In this document: one piece after another, positions 11,604 to 24,600 of the stretch | Layout: each line of letters opens with the position of its first letter | Numbering within the stretch: the stretch's first letter is position 1 | From: Eledone cirrhosa | Lineage: Eukaryota | DNA: 64,000 bases | Assembly (NCBI GenBank): GCA_964016885.1 | Contig: OZ024744.1 | Span: forward strand, 15,872,001 to 15,936,000 | Direction of reading: 5' to 3' | Notes under the pieces: generated by a model | Told to the model about the DNA's origin: nothing | What the model saw: only the letters and a program-made list of their open reading frames with translations | Databases searched by the model: none | Position numbers and translations under genes: made by a program

Positions 11604-11606
<3 letters not shown>
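11311..11606 (-). mobile_element. 5'-truncated RTE LINE 3' end with (ATG)n tail inserted in (TA)n
   Basis: RGISCGVQERRLRWYGHVMLMEDDRWVKKC...EGSRRRGRPRKTW is a typical RTE C-terminus; (CAT)n at 11311-11327; (TA)n on both sides. Confidence 0.9.
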
Positions 11607-11670
<64 letters not shown>

Positions 11671-11799
11671 TGTTATACGTGCGGAGGGTCATATTGCTGT
11701 AATAATATTGCCAGAAATAATAACAGAACACTCACTGTTTGGTTAATTTTCGCTTCTGTATCTTTCATATCTCCATAGTTAATTTATTTGCCAATTAAC

Positions 11800-11848
<49 letters not shown>

Positions 11849-12139
11849 AACTCTGCTGCTGGTGATCGAACTTTGTGCAGAGAGATATCACATTAATACA
11901 TTAATGCACAGTCTGCAATTGGCAGAGTTTAGCGTCACAAGAGAAATAGTGTCTCTCTTTCAATCTACTCTCTCACAACCACTTTCTCTCTCTTTCTCTC
12001 TCTCTCTCTGTGTTTACGCGAAACTTGTTTTATTCCCTTTGTATCTCCATTTCAGGGTCAACTTCCTTTCAAAGTATTTTTCCATTATGCGCCCTGTTGT
12101 ATTACATTACAGACAAGCAAGCACAGAGTTTTAGTTGTA

Positions 12140-12259
12140 TATAGATAGATTATATCATCTCTATCCCCCACCGTTCACTTACGCCCTAGCGCTCACCTGG
12201 ACCTTCTCAACGCCCCCCAGTGGTGGTGGGGGTAGTAGCGCAAACTTTGAGAACCTCTG
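12140..12259. mobile_element. Possible hAT/Charlie-type MITE remnant (one end only)
   Basis: ACTTTGAGAACCTCTG at 12244-12259 resembles a Charlie TIR, followed by ATATAGAT (also at 12139-12146); no clear left TIR. Confidence 0.3.
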
Positions 12260-12421
12260 ATATAGATGATGACGACGATGATAACAACAACATCAACATC
12301 AGTTACAGCGACAACGGCTGCAGCAGCGGCAAGAGAGAGAAACGATGCTTATTTAATTGTATTTTCAAACTGTGCTTAAATCTATAGAATGCAGGTGAAT
12401 CGATGGAGGGCCGGATAAGAT

Positions 12422-12488
<67 letters not shown>

Positions 12489-12539
12489 CATGGTTTAAGG
12501 GGAATCGGCGACAGTGATCCATAATTGGTGCTATTGTCT

Positions 12540-13035
12540 CTGAGCTGTCAACTGATCACCACTTAGTTATCTGCAACTTGAGAACCTAAAGCTAAAGAAG
12601 CCCACAAAACTTGCAGGTCCAGTATGATCTACAAGATAAAGTGGTAAGCATTGGTAGATAAGGAAGTCAGGACCAGGTATGTAGATACTATTGCATCCAA
12701 ATTCAGAGAACTCCCTGAGAAAACTGAAGACGTTGATACGGAGTGGTGATTGTTCAGAACAGCAATTTCTGCTCCAGCAGAAAAAGTCTTCATGTGGCAC
12801 CAGATGGCAAGAGGTCTCCTTAGTTCAATGAAGTGGTTATGCGAGCAAAGAAGGAGGCCTACAAAGCTTGGCTTGGAAATATATCTTCCTTCTCACATTT
12901 GTGATACAAGCAGTCGCGAAATGTTGCAGCAGAGAGAGTAATGGCGCCAAACGTTAAGACAACGGAGGTCTTTGGAGTTAAGCTGAAATCTGATTTTAGG
13001 TAAATAAAATGTTCTGGCAGACCATCCACAGAGAC
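12540..13035 (+). mobile_element. RTE LINE fragment (end of endonuclease and linker), decayed
   Basis: ELSTDHHLVICNL at ~12542-12580; downstream similar to 9200-9285. Confidence 0.7.
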
Positions 13036-13040
13036 TTATA

Positions 13041-13400
13041 TTACAGCCAAAGCTTCAAGAGGCAATTCCTATTTCCTAATGGTTTGCCGTACATAACATT
13101 CTGTGAGCCGGGGCTTGTGAGTATCCCCACCTGTACAGTCATTTCTGGCACCACGCCTGAATAGTGGAGTTTCCATCCTTCATCCAAATCTAGAGTACCA
13201 GAGCTATGGAACTTTGTTGGGGCAACTACGACTATATGTAGCGTGTAGCATCTAGCTCCCTTCGCTAGTTCCAGTTCCTTACCTGTAAAGGTTGTGATAT
13301 TCCAGGTTCCAATTGTCATGGTTTGCTCCATTCCGAACGCTGTTTTGGGTCTCGGGATGCGCAATCCTTGTGCGTTCATCCCACGCATCCCAAGACAGGT
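13041..13400 (-). mobile_element. RTE LINE N-terminal endonuclease fragment
   Basis: MTIGTWNITTFTGKELEL...GWKLHYSGV...VGILTSP. Confidence 0.8.
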
Positions 13401-13609
13401 CGCAGGCCCATCGCTTGTTTTTACAGAACGAAATGGAATGCAATATAGTTTTCGAACAGGACCTTCTACCTAAAGCCAGGTCGCGTCTCTTGTTACCCTG
13501 CATGACGGGTGATGCGGTATGATTGCCTTTTTTTGTCCGGCGATATTTCAGTATTTTGGTAATCTTATTCGCACTAGTCACCAATCTAGGGCTTTCCTCA
13601 GACCCGTGA

Positions 13610-14326
13610 AAACTAGGCTTTTTTGATGATGATTTCATTTGCTCCATTCCTATTGAACCAGTGAAGCATGAGATGTCTGATGTACCTTTTATTGCAGAGG
13701 TGACTTCTGCTGTGCATAAGCTGAACTGTGGTAAGTCTCCTGGTATGGATGGTCTGAGTGCAGAGGTTTTGAAGTGCAGTGGGGAAAACTTCACACAGCG
13801 CCTGACTGGCCTCATGAAAAGGTGTGGGAAGATGAAAGTGTCCCACAAGATTGGAAGCATGCACTCATGGTGATTCTCCATAACGGAAGGGCTGGGAAAG
13901 ACAAATGTGACAATTATCGTGGAATATCCCTTCTTTCAGTAGCTGGTAAAGTCATGTGTCGAATTTTGATGGATAGATTGATCTCAAACGTTGCTTTGAA
14001 TATGTTGCCTCAGTCGCAGTGTGGGTTCAGAAATGAAAGAACAGTGGATATGATATTTCCTGCTCGGCAGCTGCAAAAAAGCTGTATCGAACAATGTATG
14101 GACTTTAACAGTTTTTTTTTTGTTTACTTGACAAAGGCCTTTTATACCGTCAATCGAACTGCATTGTGGAACATTTTAGAAAAGCTTGGCTGCCCTCCAA
14201 AGTTTGTGAAAATTCTATATCTTTTTCATGATGACATGAAGGTTTGTGTCGGTATTGGTGGTAGCATCTCTGAACCAACACCAGTTGAAAATGGAGTGCA
14301 GCAGGGGGACATTCCGGTTCCAACTC
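13610..14326 (+). mobile_element. RTE (BovB-like) LINE RT fragment, decayed
   Basis: GKSPGMDGLSAEVLK, VPQDWKHA, CDNYRGISLLSVAGKV, SQCGFR, TVDMIF, LTKAFYTVNR, GCPPKFV, GVQQGDIPVPTL; truncated before YADD. Confidence 0.88.
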
Positions 14327-14920
14327 TGGTCCCCCATTACCACAGAGCAGAGGAAGACCTCTGTTGTCCTTGGTCCCTACATTACCACAGAGGAGAGGAA
14401 TACCTTTGGTGTCCTTGGTCCCCACATTACCACAGAGGAGAGGACCTCCGGTGTCATTGGTCTCCATATTACCACAGAGGAGAGGAAGACCTCTGGTGTC
14501 CTTGGTCTCCATATTACCACAAAGGAAAGGATCTCTGGTGTCCTTGGTCCCCACATTACCACAGAGGAGAGGACCTCTGGTGTCCTTGGTCCCCACATTA
14601 CCACAGAGGAGAGGACCTCTGGTGTCCTTGGTCCCCACATTACCACAGAGTAGAGGATCTCTGGTGTCCTTGGTCTCCATGTTACCACAGAAATGAAGAC
14701 CTCTGGTGTCCTTGGTCCTACATTACCACAGAGGAGAGGACCTCTGGTGACATTGGTCCCTACATTACCACAGAGGAGAGGACCTCTGGTGTTCTTGGTT
14801 CCCATATTACCACAGAGGAGAGGACCTCTGGTGTTCTTGGTTCCCACATTACCACAGAGGAGAAGACCTCTGCTGTCCTTGAGCCCCACATTACCACAGA
14901 GGAGAGGACCTCTGGTGTCT
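14327..14920. repeat. 42/45-bp minisatellite, ~14 copies
   Basis: Unit CCCCACATTACCACAGAGGAGAGGACCTCTGGTGTCCTTGGT with +3 and -1 variants. Confidence 0.95.
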
Positions 14921-15544
14921 TTGATGCCCGGACTGCTGATTTTCACTATACAATCAGAAAAACAGCACCCTTCTCGAGAAAGGAGCCCTGTGAGGTGGGG
15001 TGCTTATTGCGGTGTGTGTCTCTGGCAATTCTCCGTGGTAATACGTTGAGACACTGGTAAGACTGGGGTGTAGTATCTTCCCCTCTCCCGCTCCCTTTCT
15101 TTCGTTGCTTGATCCTTCTTTGTTTTTCTCCTTTTCTTTTTCTTCTTTCACTTTTTGTTTATTCCCTCTAATATTGTTTTGTTTATGTATAAACAGATAT
15201 GTAAAAGAAAATACTTTGCAAAAAAAAAAAAAAAAAAGTATTGAATTTATCTTCGTAACGTAGCAGGTGTCCAATAAAATGTCATCGTTGGAGATTGAAC
15301 TCAAGGAAAGATGAGAAGTTATATATTCTCCAGCTTTGCCATTATTGATTCTCTCACATCTGGACAAGATCTAGAAGATATTGACACTGTATATCGTATT
15401 TGCCATGATAACTTATCTTATAAACTCTACCTAAGTACTTCGTTGACATTTTCGGACAGCTGGTTCTAAGGCTGATATAAAGTTTGTATCATCGAAACTT
15501 AGCTTGACACTTGTGACATTTTATACATACATTTCATATGTGAG

Positions 15545-15703
15545 CGTATATATATACACATAAACAGGTATATATATATATATGTGTGTGTGTATGTGTG
15601 CGTGTGTATGTGTGTGTATGTGTGTGTGTGTGTATTATGTACATATATAAGCTTGTATGTATATATACAAGTATCTATATGTCATCTCCGCGACTGTAGT
15701 CGA

Positions 15704-15734
<31 letters not shown>

Positions 15735-15940
15735 CATAGATAGATATATACATATATACATACACCTATATATATATATATATATATAAATATATAGATA
15801 CATACATTCATTCACATATACATATATATATATATACACACATAGAATCATAGGTACACACACATATATATATAGTGTATATATATACACACACATACAT
15901 ACATACATACATATATACATACATATATGCATACATACAT
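15545..15940. repeat. Mixed (TA)n/(TG)n/(TACA)n microsatellites
   Basis: Direct reading. Confidence 0.9.
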
Positions 15941-16065
15941 GATGGCTGCAAACTCTGCCAAGAGTATTTATTGCAGTCGCTTGTCAGATTCAGATGTGTG
16001 ACGCTTGGATATGGGTTTTCAAGCCTGCTAGAGACTTTCCCTCCTTCACACACTGACGACAACTA

Positions 16066-16250
<185 letters not shown>

Positions 16251-16286
16251 TTAATGTAATACTTTTTAGGAAGCGAATTTGCAGTG

Positions 16287-16410
16287 TGGTTATGGCGTAG
16301 AATTTAATGTATTGATATGGTGTTTAGATTCTGTGTTCGAATCCCACGGAGGTCAACTTTTTCTCTTCATCAACTCAAAAAGTTACCTGTCAAGCTGCGG
16401 TGGGTTGGTG
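16287..16410 (+). mobile_element. Old tRNA-derived SINE remnant
   Basis: A-box-like TGGCGTAG (16293-16300), B-box GTTCGAATCCC (16335-16345), then GAGGTCAACTTT...TTCATC similar to the SINE domain at 10990-11047. Confidence 0.6.
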
Positions 16411-16676
16411 AAATTGCTAAAGAGTTGGACGGGTGTTTTGCACTACCTAATCCGGTTTTCAGTGTTCTCATTTCAAATGCCGAAAGAGAGACAGAGAGAG
16501 AGAGAGAGATTGACATGGGGTAAGGGAGGGAGAAGCTATGAGTGGGAGAGGGAGACAGACAGAGATAGAAGAGAGAGAGAGAGAGAGACAGAGAGGTTAT
16601 AGTGAACACTCGGTATTGATTTTTTCTCTTTCTTTTTTTCCAAAGAGAGATGGTGTGTGTATATTTTTTATTTTTT

Positions 16677-16730
<54 letters not shown>

Positions 16731-16797
16731 TATATATATATATATATAAAATAAAGTTAAATAAAAGTCAAATGATTAAAATTTAGCTTCGTTTATT

Positions 16798-16852
16798 ACT
16801 GCTATATATATTTCAGTGACAGCCATCTTTGGCTGTGACCTCTTCAGGCAGT
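16798..16852 (-). ncRNA. Minimal type I hammerhead ribozyme (inverted copy)
   Basis: Exact reverse complement of 17094-17148. Confidence 0.85.
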
Positions 16853-17093
16853 TTGAATTAGTATGGTATAGACAAGTACATATGTTGTTTAGGTGTATGA
16901 TATTGTCAATACTCTGATATGCCCAGTTCCTTGCTGGGTTGTTAATTCACTGGGGAACTGGAGTCATATCAGAGTGATATGACTCCAGTTCCCCAGTGAA
17001 TTAACAACCCAGCAAGGAACTGGGCATATCAGAGTATTGACAATATCATACACCTAAACAACATATGTACTTGTCTATACCATACTAATTCAA

Positions 17094-17148
17094 ACTGCCT
17101 GAAGAGGTCACAGCCAAAGATGGCTGTCACTGAAATATATATAGCAGT
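17094..17148 (+). ncRNA. Minimal type I hammerhead ribozyme
   Basis: Stem I ACTGC/GCAGT; core CTGAAGA; stem II G-GTCACAGCCA-AAGA-TGGCTGTCAC-T (one C.C mismatch); GAAA; short palindromic stem III T-ATAT-A; triplet AUA, predicted cleavage after 17143. Confidence 0.85.
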
Positions 17149-17294
17149 AATAAACGAAGCTAAATTTTAATCATTTGACTTTTATTTAACTTTATTTTAC
17201 ACTACTCCGGAGTAACCAAACCAACCTGCGCACTTCGTCGAGTGCTCAAGCCTGCATACTGAGGTGTTGGTATACAACCAACATAAACTCAAAA

Positions 17295-17520
<226 letters not shown>

Positions 17521-17945
17521 AAAAATCTGAAAACATGGCGTGCTGCGTGGTTGCAAAGGGGTTATATATGAATAAATTTAGTCCTTCATCAGTGATCTTC
17601 CAACCTTCATTGGTATCCCGTTTGACCTGTGCGAAATTCTTTCCTTACTCACATTTCGACCAGGTTTGATGGTCTTTATTCTCTCTCGTCCACGATTTCA
17701 AAGAACTTATATTCATCGATTTCAGGGACTTGACTCCTTCTTCCTCACTTTCCGTTGCATTACCATCTTTCTTTGTTTACTGTCTCGCTCGTTCCCCTAT
17801 TTACGTGTCCCAACGATTTTCTTTAGCCGTTGCTCGCACCAACCAGAGGTGCATATATATATATATATATATAAATATATATATATACATTTATTAGTGT
17901 TTTATTTTCTTTCTTTCGTTATTTCACTTTTATATGATTTTCTTT

Positions 17946-17994
<49 letters not shown>

Positions 17995-18184
17995 TATAAT
18001 TTTAAATTGCTCTCTCATGATTCTGTAATTGATAAGAAAACATCTTTTGTGGCAGCCTTCCTTTCCAGTTAACTCTTGTTCGTTTGCCGCCTGCGAAAAC
18101 AAACAGCGGCAAATTTATCTATTATAATAATAATCGTTTCTTTCTTTATTTATTTATTTATTTATAATAATAACAAAACAAAAA

Positions 18185-18512
18185 TGAAACAACGGCAATA
18201 ACAGCAGCAATGACAAAGAAAACAACAACAACAACAATAACAACAGCAAACTACAACAGCAACAACAACAACAACAACAACAACAACAGTCAGAAGAAGA
18301 ACAACAACAGTAACAGCAACAACAACAACAGTAACAACAACAACACCAACAACAACAGTAACACAACAACAGCAACAACAGTAAAAACAACTACAGTAAC
18401 AACAACAACAACAACAACAACAGCAACCACTACAGTAACAACAACAACAACAGCAGCAGCATCAGCAGCAATTACAACAATAACAACAGCAAGAAGCGAT
18501 GACAACGACAAT
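18185..18512. repeat. Degenerate (AAC)n/(AGC)n trinucleotide tract
   Basis: Direct reading. Confidence 0.92.
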
Positions 18513-18697
18513 ATTATAGAACGGTTATCAGTGATTGTAATCAGTGGTAAAAATGTTAAATTAATTTAAGAGGGTGTCGAAAATAAATATAGAAATATAT
18601 ATTATATAAAAATGGAAGGAGAAATATTAATAAATAAAGTTTAAAGGAAAACATAAATATAGGATGGGGAAGGAGGAGAGTGATGGAAGAGAAAGAG

Positions 18698-21600
18698 CGT
18701 ATGAAGGAAGTTGAAGAAGGAGAATCTGAAGGAAGTTGGAAAAGGAGAGTATGAAGGAAGTTGGAGAAGGAGAGTATGAAGGAAGTTGAAGAAGGAGAAT
18801 ATGAAGGAAGTTGGAGAAGGAGAGTATGAAGGAAGTTGGAGAAGGAGAGTATGAAGAGGTTGGGGAAGAAGGTATGAAGGAAGTTGGATAAGGAGCGTAT
18901 GAAGGAAGTTGAAGAAGGAGAATCTGAAGGAAGTTGGAGAAGGAGAGTATGAAGGTAGTTGAAGGAGGAGAATCTGAAGGAAGTTGTAGAAGGAGCGTGT
19001 GAAGAAGTTGGGGAAGAAGGTATGAAGGAAGTTGGAGAAGGAGAGTATGAAGGTAGTTGAAGAAGGATAATCTGAAGGAAGTTGTAGAAGGAGCGTATGA
19101 AGAAGTTGGGGAAGAAGGTATGAAGGAACTTGGAGAAGGAGCGTATGAAGGAAGTTGAAGAAGGAGAATCTGAAGGAAGTTGGAGAAGGAGAGTATGAAG
19201 GAAGTTGAAGAAGGAGAATCTGAAGTAAGTTGGAGAAGGAGAGTATGAAGGAAGTTGGAGAAGGAGAATATGAAGGAAGTTGAAGGAGTAGAATATGAAG
19301 GAAGTTGGAGAAGGAGAGTATGAAGGAAGTTGGAGAGGGAGAGTTTGAAGGAAGTTGGAGAATGAGAATCAGAAGGAATTTGGAGAAGGAGAGTATGAAG
19401 GAAGTTTGAGAAGGAGAATCTGAAGGAAGTTGGAGAAGGAGAGTATGAAGGAAGTTGAAGGAGGAGAATATGAAGGAAGTTGAAGAAGGAGAATCTGAAG
19501 GAAGTTGGAGAAGGAGAGTATGAAGGAAGTTGAAGGAGGAGAATATGAAAGAAGTTGAAGGAGGAGAATATGAACGAATTTGGAGAAGGAGAGTATGAAG
19601 GAAGTTGGAGAATGAGAATCTGAAGGAAGTTGGAGAAGGAGAGTATGAAGGAAGTTGGAGAAGGAGAATCTGAAGGAAGTTGGAGAAGGAGAGTATGAAG
19701 GAAGTTGAAGGAGAAGAATATGAAGGAAGTTGAAGAAAGAGAATCTGAAGGAAGTTGGAGAAGGAGAGTATGAAGGAAGTTGAAGAAGGAGAATCTGCAG
19801 GAAGTTGGAGAAGGAGAGTATGAAGGAAGTTGGGGGAGGAGAATATGAAGGAAGTTGAAGGAGGAGAATATGAACGAAGTTGAAGAAGGAGAATGTGAAC
19901 GAAGTTGAAGGAGGAGAATATGAAGGAAGTTGAAGGAGGAGAATATGAAGGAAGTTGAAGAAGGAGAATCAGAAGGAAGTTGGAGAAGGAGAGAATGAAG
20001 GAAGTTGAAGAAGGAGAATATGAAGGAAGTTGAAGGAGGAGAATATAAACGAATTTGGAGAAGGAGAGTATGAAGGAAGTTGGAGAATGAGAATCTGAAG
20101 GAAGTTGGAGAAGGAGAGTATGAAGGAAGTTGGAGAAGGAGAATCTGAAGGAAGTTGGAGAAGGAGAGTATGAAGGAAGTTGAAGGAGAAGAATATGAAG
20201 GAAGTTGAAGGAGAATCTGAAGGAAGTTGGAGAAGGAGAGTATGAAGGAAGTTGAAGAAGGAGAATCTGAAGGAAGTTGGAGAAGGAGAGTATGAAGGAA
20301 GTTGGAGAAGGAGAATATGAAGGAAATTGAAGGAGGAGAATATGAACGAAGTTGGAGAAGGAGAATATGAAGGAAATTGAAGGAGGAGAATATGAAGGAA
20401 GTTGAAAAAGAAGAATCAGAAGGAAGTTGGAGAAGGAGAGTATGAAGGAAGTTGAAGAAGGAGAATCTGAAAGAAGTTGGAGAAGGAGAGTATGAAGGAA
20501 GTTGGAGAAGGATAATCTGAAGGAAGTTGGAGAAGGAGAGTATGAAGGAAGTTGGAGAAGGAGAATCTGAAGGAAGTTGGAGAAGGAGAGTATGAAGGAA
20601 GTTGAAGGAGAAGAATATGAAGGAAGTTGAAGGAGAATATGAAGGAAGTTGAAGAAGGAGAATCTGAAGGAAGTTGAAGAAGGAGAATCTGAAGGAAGTT
20701 GGAGGAGAGTATGAAGGAAGTTGGAGAAGGAGAGTATGAAGGAAGTTGAAGGAGGAGAATATCAACAAAGTTGGAGAAGAAGAATATGAAGGAACTTGAA
20801 ATAGGAGAATATGAAGTAAGTTGAAGAAGGAGAATCAGAAGGAAGTTGAAGAAGGAGAGTATGAAGGAAGTTGAAAAAGGAGAATCTGAAAGAAGTTGTA
20901 GAAGGAGAGTATGAAGGAAGTTGGAGAAGGAGAATATGAAGGAAGTTGAAGGAGGAGAATATGAAGGAAGCTGGAGAAGGAGAGTATGAAGGAAGTTGGA
21001 GAAGGAGAATATGAAGGAAGTTGGAGAAGGAGAGTATGAAGGAAGTTGGAGAAGGAGAATATGAAGAAAGTTGAAGGAGGAGAATATGAAGGAAATTGGA
21101 GGACGAGAGTATGAAGGAAGTTGGAGAAGGAGAGTATGAAGAAGGTTGGAGGAGGAGAGTATGAAGGAAGTTGGAGGAGGAGAGTATGAAGGAAGTTGGA
21201 GAAGGAAAATATGAAGGAAGTTGGAGAAGGAGAGTATGAAGGAAGTTGGAGAAGGAGAATATGAAAGAAGTTGGAGAAGGAGAGTATGAAGGAGCTTGGA
21301 AGAGGAGAGTATGAAGGAAGTTGGAGAAGGATTATATGAAGTAAGTTGGAGAAGCAGAGTATGAAGGAAGTTGGAGAAGGAGAGTATGAAGGAAGTTGAA
21401 GAAGGAGAGTATGAACGAAGTTTGAGAAGGAGAATATGAAGGATGTTGGAGGAGGAGAGTATGAAGGAAGTTGGAGAAGGAGAATCTGACGGACGTTGGA
21501 GAAGGAGAGTAGGAAAGAAGTTGGAGAAGGAGAATATGAAGGAAGTTGAAGGAGGAGAATATGAAGGAAGTTGGAGAAGGAGAGTATGAAGGAAGTTGGA

Positions 21601-24600
21601 GAAGGAGAATATGAAAGAAGTTGGGGAAGAAGGTATGAAGGAAGTTGGAGAAGGGGGGTCTGAAGCAAGTTGGAGATGGAGAGTATGAAGGAAGTTGAAG
21701 GAGAGTATGAAGGAAGTTGAAGGAGAAGAATATGAAGGAAGTTGAAGAAGGAGAATATGAAAGAAGTTGGAGAAGGAGAGTATGAAGGTAGTTGAAGAAG
21801 GAGAATCTGAATGAAGTTGTAGAAGGAGCGTATGAAGAAGTTGGGGAAGAAGGTATGAAGGAACTTGGAGAAGGAGCGTATGAAGGAAGTTGAAGAAGGA
21901 GAATCTGAAGGAAGTTGGAGAAGGAGAGTATGAAGGAAGTTGAAGAAGGAGAATCTGAAGTAAGTTGGAGAAGGAGAGTATGAAGGAAGTTGGAGAAGGA
22001 GAATATGAAGGAAGTTGAAGGAGTAGAATATGAAGGAAGTTGGAGAAGGAGAGTATGAAGGAAGTTGGAGAGGGAGAGTTTGAAGGAAGTTGGAGAATGA
22101 GAATCAGAAGGAATTTGGAGAAGGAGAGTATGAAGGAAGTTTGAGAAGGAGAATCTGAAGGAAGTTGGAGAAGGAGAGTATGAAGGAAGTTGAAGGAGGA
22201 GAATATGAAGGAAGTTGAAGAAGGAGAATCTGAAGGAAGTTGGAGAAGGAGAGTATGAAGGAAGTTGAAGGAGGAGAATATGAAAGAAGTTGAAGGAGGA
22301 GAATATGAACGAATTTGGAGAAGGAGAGTATGAAGGAAGTTGGAGAATGAGAATCTGAAGGAAGTTGGAGAAGGAGAGTATGAAGGAAGTTGGAGAAGGA
22401 GAATCTGAAGGAAGTTGGAGAAGGAGAGTATGAAGGAAGTTGAAGGAGAAGAATATGAAGGAAGTTGAAGAAAGAGAATCTGAAGGAAGTTGGAGAAGGA
22501 GAGTATGAAGGAAGTTGAAGAAGGAGAATCTGCAGGAAGTTGGAGAAGGAGAGTATGAAGGAAGTTGGGGGAGGAGAATATGAAGGAAGTTGAAGGAGGA
22601 GAATATGAACGAAGTTGAAGAAGGAGAATGTGAACGAAGTTGAAGGAGGAGAATATGAAGGAAGTTGAAGGAGGAGAATATGAAGGAAGTTGAATAAGGA
22701 GAATATCAAGGAAGTTGGAGAAGGAGAGCGAGATTGAAGTTGGAGAAGGAGAGTATGAAGGAAGTTGGAGAAGGAGAATATGAAGGAAGTTGGAAAAGGA
22801 GAGTATGAAGGAGGTTGGAAGAGGAGAGTATGAAGGAAGTTGGAGATGGAGAATATGAAGGAAGTTGGAGAAGGATAATATGAAGGAAGTTGGAGAACGA
22901 GTGTATGAAGGAAGTTGGAGAAGGAGAATATGAAGGAAGTTGAAGGAGGAGAATATGAAGGAAGTTGAAGAAGGAGAATCTGAAGGAAGTTGGAGAAGGA
23001 GAGTATGAAGGATTTTGAAGGAGGAGAATATGAAGGAAGTTGAAGGAGGAGAATATGAACGAATTTGGAGAAGTAGAGTATGAACGAAGTTGGAGAATGA
23101 GAATCTGAAGGAAGTGGGGGAAGGAGAGTATGAAGGAAGTTGAAGGAGAAGAATATGAAGGAAGTTGAAGAAAGAGAATCTGAAGGATGTTGGAGAAGGA
23201 GAGTATGAAGGAAGTTGGAGAAGGAGAGTATGAAGGTGGTTGGAGGAGGAGAATATGAAGGAAGTTGGAAAAGGAGAGTATGAAGGAAGTTGGAGAAGGA
23301 GAATATGAAGGAAGTTGGGGAGGAAGGTATGAAGGAAGTTGGAGAAGGAGAGTCTGAAGGAAGTTGGAGATGGAAAGTATGAAGGAAGTTGAAGAAGGAG
23401 AGTATGAAGGAAATTGGAGAAGGAGAGTATGAAGAAAGTTGGAGAAGGAGAATATGAATGAAGTTGGGGAAGAAGGTATGAAAGAAGTTGGAGAAGGAGA
23501 ATATGAAGGAAGTTGAAGGAGGAGAACATGAAGGAAGTTGAAGAAGGAGAATATGAAAGAAGTTGGAGAAGGAGAGTATGCAGGAAGTTAGAGAACGAGA
23601 GTATGAAGGAAGTTGGAGAAGGAGACTATCAAGGAAGTTGGAAAAGGAGAATGTGATTGAAGTTGGAGAAGGAGAGTATGAAGGAAGTTGAAGAAGGAGA
23701 ATATGAAGGAAGTTGGAGAAGGAGAGTATGAAGGAAGTTGGAGGAGGAGAGTATGAAGGAAGTTGGAGATGGAGAATATGAAGGAAGTTGTAGAAGGGGA
23801 GTATGAAGGAAGTTGGAGAAGGAGAGTATGAAGGGGGTTGGAGGAGGAGAATATGAAGGAAGTTGGAGAAGGAGAGTATGAAGGAAGTTGGAGAAGGAGA
23901 ATATGAAGGAAGTTGGGGAGAAGCTATGAAGGAAGTTGGAGAAGGAGAGTCTGAAGGAAGTTGGAGATGGAGAGTATGAAGGAAGTTGAAGAAGGAGAGT
24001 ATGACGGAAGTTGGAGAAGGAGAGTATGAACGAAGTTGGAGAAGGAGAATATGAATGAAGTTGGGGAAGAAGGCATGAAAGAAGTTGGAGAAGGAGAATA
24101 TGAAGGAAGTTGAAGGAGGAAAACATGAAGGAAGTTGAAGAAGGAGAATATGAAAGAAGTTGGAGAAGGAGAGTAAGCAGGAAGTTACAGAAGGAGAGTA
24201 TGAAGGAAGTTGGACATGGAGAGTATGAAGGAAGTTGAATAAGGAGAATATCAAGGAAGTTGGAGAAGGAGAGCGTGATTGAAGTTGGAGAAGGAGAGTA
24301 TGAAGGAAGTTGGAGAAGGAGAATATGAAGGAAGTTGGAAAAGGAGAGTATGAAGGAAGTTGGAGATGGAGAATATGAAGGAAGTTGGAGAAGGATAATA
24401 TGAAGAAAGTTGGAGAACGAGTGTATGAAGGAAGTTGGAGAAGGAGAATATGAAGGAAGTTGAAGGAGGAGAATATGAAGGAAGTTGAAGAAGGAGAATC
24501 TGAAGGAAGTTGGAGAAGGAAAGTATGAAGGATTTTGAAGGAGGAGAATATGAAGGAAGTTGAAGGAGGAGAATATGAACGAATTTGGAGAAGGAGAGTA

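Larger units (their letters stand above)
16747..17296. mobile_element. Young foldback Penelope-like pseudo-LTR element (225-bp arms, 3-nt loop) in (TA)n
   Basis: 16747-16971 is the reverse complement of 16975-17199 with no mismatch seen; hammerhead plus AATAAA (17149-17154) in each arm; unpaired tail 17200-17296; (TA)n on both flanks. Confidence 0.85.

Noticed and set aside
14327-14920. CRISPR-like array
   Set aside because: Units are contiguous with no unique spacers, there are no cas genes, and the context is eukaryotic
16287-16350. tRNA gene
   Set aside because: A/B boxes are present but no cloverleaf forms, and it continues into SINE body sequence
16911-17035. SECIS element (some Naiad PLEs encode selenoproteins)
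   Set aside because: The hairpin has ATGA on one side but no opposing GA for the quartet, and there is no upstream ORF
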